From the NCBI RefSeq assembly GCF_003367075.2, contig NZ_CP065936.1, positions 3,240,001 through 3,272,000 on the forward strand: 32,000 nt of DNA. The letters run 5' to 3'. Below, piece by piece: positions 29,193-32,000 of this stretch. The translations under genes and the position numbers were made by a program. Source of the DNA: Cylindrospermopsis raciborskii Cr2010. Lineage in GTDB: Bacteria; Cyanobacteriota; Cyanobacteriia; Cyanobacteriales; Nostocaceae. The notes beneath the pieces were generated by a model. It saw only the letters and a program-made list of their open reading frames with translations, made no database searches and had not been told where the DNA came from. The first letter of the stretch is position 1, and every line of letters begins with the position of its first letter.

Positions 29193-29741
29193 ACTATTAC
29201 CTGCACCAGAATACCCTTGGGAGGTTTTTAAAAACTGGAGTTTATACTAAAGAGAAGAGCGATTGGGAAGCACTCCCTACGGGAGCTGGCGAAACACTCT
29301 CTATGGGAGCTCCCCAGGGGATTAACCATAATTGTTTAAATTAACCCCTACCTGGAGACTGTCTGTGGGGGAGACCGGTCTCAAAGCGAAAGTCAGTTTA
29401 AAACCGACTAGTTTTGTCATGGGTAATCGTAGGTTGGGTTGAGGCACGAAACCCAACAAACCAACCGGATATATATAAATGCGATTGACTCCATACAGGC
29501 GATTGCGAAGCACTCCCTAGGGGAGATCGCCAATTACCCGTTATTGTTTAAATTAATCCATACCTGGAGACTGTCTGTGGGGGAGACCGGGAATCAATTT
29601 TGGGTCTCAAAGCGAAAGTCGGTTTAAAACCGACTGGTTTTGTGATATTGTAAGTTGAGTTCAATAACTCAACATCCCTAAATAAACTATGTTATATTAA
29701 ATTAAACCGATTAAGTCAGTACCAAAGTGGGAGGTATAGAC

Positions 29742-30734
29742 ATGGTGAGGCAAATTCCATCAAAAACTCAACTGGGGGTGATAAAATCTAACACTAATCA
29801 GGGTGTGGAGACGCCTAAAATTGTCTACCCAGAAAGTGATAATAAACCTATGGCGGATAACACTAGACAATTTACATGGATTGTCAAAATTAAGGAAAAT
29901 TTAGAAATACTATTTAAGTCCAATGCGGATGTGTTTGTGGCTGGGGACTTATTTTGGTATCCAGTGGAGGGTAGTAACAAAATTAAACTAGCCCCTGACA
30001 CCATGGTAGTGTTTGGGAGACCCAAGGGTCACCGGGGGTCTTATCGACAGTGGGAAGAGGATAATATTCCCCCCCAGGTGGTGTTTGAAATTTTATCTCC
30101 TGGTAATAATAATACTGAGATGGACAGAAAAAAGCTCTTTTATCTAGAACATGGAGTGGAGGAGTATTATGTATATGATCCAGATAGGATTAGTCTAGAA
30201 GTATCCATTAGGGAAAATAACTCATTTAAGGAAATTGAGAATTTTACCACTTGGACCAGCCCAAGATTGAAAATAAGATTTGACATGAGCCAAGATGAAT
30301 TAGTCATCTATTATCCAGATGGGAGTAAGTTTCTTAGTCCTGTAGAATTGAGTAATTATGCAGAACAAGAAAGATTTCTCAAAGAACAAGAAACTCAACG
30401 TGCAGAACGTGAAAAATTGCTTAAAGAGCAAGAAACCCAACGTGCAGAACGTGAAAAATTGCTTAAAGAGCAAGAAACCCAACGTGCAGAACGTGAAAGA
30501 CTTATCAAAGAACAAGAAACTCAACGTGCAGAACGCGAAAGACTTCTCAAAGAGCAGGAAACTCAACGTGCAGAACAAGAAACTCAACGTGCAGAACGTG
30601 AAAGACTTCTCAAAGAGCAGGAAACTCAACGTGCAGAACGTGAAAGACTTCTCAAAGAGCAGGAACAAATAAAGTATCAAACCTTGCTATCACAATTAAA
30701 AGCTAAGGGTATTGATATTACTGCACTCGAATAA
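29742..30734 (+). CDS. Uma2-family endonuclease copy 3 (330 aa; 7 QETQRAE heptads)
   Basis: Same core as copy 1. It has a C7 tract at 30069-30075 and one extra 42-bp repeat. Confidence 0.85.
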   Translation: MVRQIPSKTQLGVIKSNTNQGVETPKIVYPESDNKPMADNTRQFTWIVKIKENLEILFKSNADVFVAGDLFWYPVEGSNKIKLAPDTMVVFGRPKGHRGSYRQWEEDNIPPQVVFEILSPGNNNTEMDRKKLFYLEHGVEEYYVYDPDRISLEVSIRENNSFKEIENFTTWTSPRLKIRFDMSQDELVIYYPDGSKFLSPVELSNYAEQERFLKEQETQRAEREKLLKEQETQRAEREKLLKEQETQRAERERLIKEQETQRAERERLLKEQETQRAEQETQRAERERLLKEQETQRAERERLLKEQEQIKYQTLLSQLKAKGIDITALE

Positions 30735-31283
30735 ACTATTACCTCCACCAGAATACCCTTGGGAGGTTTTTAAAAACTGGAGTTTATACTAAAGAGAAGA
30801 GCGATTGGGAAGCACTCCCTACGGGAGCTGGCGAAACACTCTCTATGGGAGCTCCCCAGGGGATTAACCATAATTGTTTAAATTAACCCCTACCTGGAGA
30901 CTGTTTGTGGGGGAGACCGGTCTCAAAGCGAAAGTCAGTTTAAAACCGACTAGTTTTGTCGTGGGTAATCGTAGGTTGGGTTGAGGCACGAAACCCAACA
31001 AACCAACCGGATATATATAAATGCGATTGACTCCATACAGGCGATTGCGAAGCACTCCCTACGGGAGATCGCCAATTACCCGTTATTGTTTAAATTAATC
31101 CATACCTGGAGACTGTCTATTGGGGAGACCGGGAATCAATTTTGGGTCTCAAAGCGAAAGTCGGTTTAAAACCGACTGGTTTTGTGATATTGTAAGTTGA
31201 GTTCAATAACTCAACATCCCTAAACAAACTATGTTATATTAAATTAAACCGATTAAGTCAGTACCAAAGTGGGAGGTATAGAC

Positions 31284-32000
31284 ATGGTGAGGCAAATTCC
31301 ATCAAAAACTCAACTGGGGGTGATAAAATCTAACACTAATCAGGGTGTGGAGACGCCTAAAATTGTCTACCCAGAAAGTGATAATAAACCTATGGCGGAT
31401 AACACTAGACAATTTACATGGATTGTCAAAATTAAGGAAAATTTAGAAATACTATTTAAGTCCAATGCGGATGTGTTTGTGGCTGGGGACTTATTTTGGT
31501 ATCCAGTGGAGGGTAGTAACAAAATTAAACTAGCCCCTGACACCATGGTAGTGTTTGGGAGACCCAAGGGGCACCGGGGGTCTTATCGACAGTGGGAAGA
31601 GAATAATATTCCACCCCAGGTGGTGTTTGAAATTTTATCTCCTGGTAATAATAATACTGAGATGGACAGAAAAAAGCTCTTTTATCTAGAACATGGAGTG
31701 GAGGAGTATTATGTATATGATCCAGATAGGATTAGTCTAGAAGTATCCATTAGGGAAAATAACTCATTTAAGGAAATTGAGAATTTTACCACTTGGACCA
31801 GTCCAAGATTGAAAATAAGATTTGACATGAGCCAAGATGAATTAGTCATCTATTATCCAGATGGGAGTAAGTTTCTTAGTCCTGTAGAATTGAGTAATTA
31901 TGCAGAACAAGAAAGATTTCTCAAAGAACAAGAAACTCAACGTGCAGAACGTGAAAAATTGCTTAAAGAGCAAGAAACTCAACGTGCAGAACGTGAAAAA
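31284..32000 (+). CDS. Uma2-family endonuclease copy 4, 3'-partial (runs off the window)
   Basis: Open frame of 239 codons from the ATG at 31284 to the window end, with the same SD and same core. It is absent from the ORF track only because no stop codon is reached. Confidence 0.8.
   Translation, partial: MVRQIPSKTQLGVIKSNTNQGVETPKIVYPESDNKPMADNTRQFTWIVKIKENLEILFKSNADVFVAGDLFWYPVEGSNKIKLAPDTMVVFGRPKGHRGSYRQWEENNIPPQVVFEILSPGNNNTEMDRKKLFYLEHGVEEYYVYDPDRISLEVSIRENNSFKEIENFTTWTSPRLKIRFDMSQDELVIYYPDGSKFLSPVELSNYAEQERFLKEQETQRAEREKLLKEQETQRAEREK

Larger units (their letters stand above)
26452..32000 (+). repeat. Head-to-tail tandem array, at least 3.7 units of 1500/1456/1542 bp (unit starts 26452, 27952, 29408, 30950); continues past the window end
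   Basis: Long stretches recur near-identically at these periods. The length differences are explained by 42-bp repeat copy number and a 2-nt indel. Confidence 0.95.

Noticed and set aside
27344-30680. Long ORFs antisense to, or in alternative frames of, the Uma2 repeat region. Examples: 27344..27682(-), 27402..27674(+), 28842..29138(-), 28900..29130(+), 30300..30680(-), 30358..30672(+).
   Set aside because: They lie entirely within the 42-bp tandem repeats. Periodic sequence removes stop codons in several frames at once. Their products are low-complexity (FLFFEKSFTFCTLS..., NKKLNVQNVK...) and they have no independent start signals.
26483-31169. Small ORFs recurring in every array spacer: MLRNRLYGVNRIYIYPVGLLGFVPQPNLR... 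on the minus strand and MR(N/H)ETQQTNRIYINAIDSIQAIA... on the plus strand.
   Set aside because: They are read across the dispersed GGTTGGGTTGAGG hairpin and sub-element B. The plus-strand ones start at TTG without an SD. Conservation between units is uninformative because the whole units are near-identical. The GFVPQPNL-type peptide is the known translation artefact of this repeat family.
26452-32000. CRISPR array or diversity-generating retroelement as an explanation for the periodic repeats and the variation between copies.
   Set aside because: The period is about 1.5 kb with protein-coding content, not 25-40-bp repeats with spacers. No reverse transcriptase or template repeat is present. 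Substitutions between copies are not adenine-specific.

Overview
This looks like a chromosomal segment of a filamentous, Nostocales-like cyanobacterium. Support: I found ten GCGATCGC (HIP1) octamers by eye, heptameric STRR tracts in intergenic spacers, and the cyanobacterial atp1-atpI-atpH-atpG-atpF-atpD-atpA-atpC gene order. Layout by position:
- 0.1-8.0 kb: a hypothetical gene, a phylloquinone (men) cluster (DHNA-CoA thioesterase, menE, menC, menA, menF) and a SAM methyltransferase.
- 8.2-14.5 kb: the F0F1 ATP synthase operon, with STRR or hairpin spacers.
- 14.6-15.5 kb: a phasin-like coiled-coil gene and an FKBP isomerase.
- 15.5-18.3 kb: a repeat-rich non-coding stretch, then two secreted or outer-membrane genes that share a duplicated promoter, leader and signal-peptide module.
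- 18.3-22.3 kb: a decayed accessory patch. It holds a TnpB remnant, a frameshifted IS4-family transposase, a frameshifted TnpB element, a 3'-truncated hypothetical gene and an N-truncated GNAT fragment.
- 22.3-26.0 kb: housekeeping genes (class V aminotransferase, trpC, lpdA).
- 26.1-32.0 kb: the most unusual part. A truncated alpha/beta-hydrolase gene abuts a head-to-tail array of at least four near-identical 1.46-1.54 kb cassettes that runs off the window. Each cassette has a structured, repeat-built spacer, its own SD and start codon, and its own terminator. Each encodes a Uma2/DUF820-type nuclease fused to an E/R/K-rich helical repeat. The three complete copies carry 5, 6 and 7 heptad units. 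One copy is frameshifted at a poly-C tract.

All calls come from reading the sequence and the ORF translations. No database search was run.
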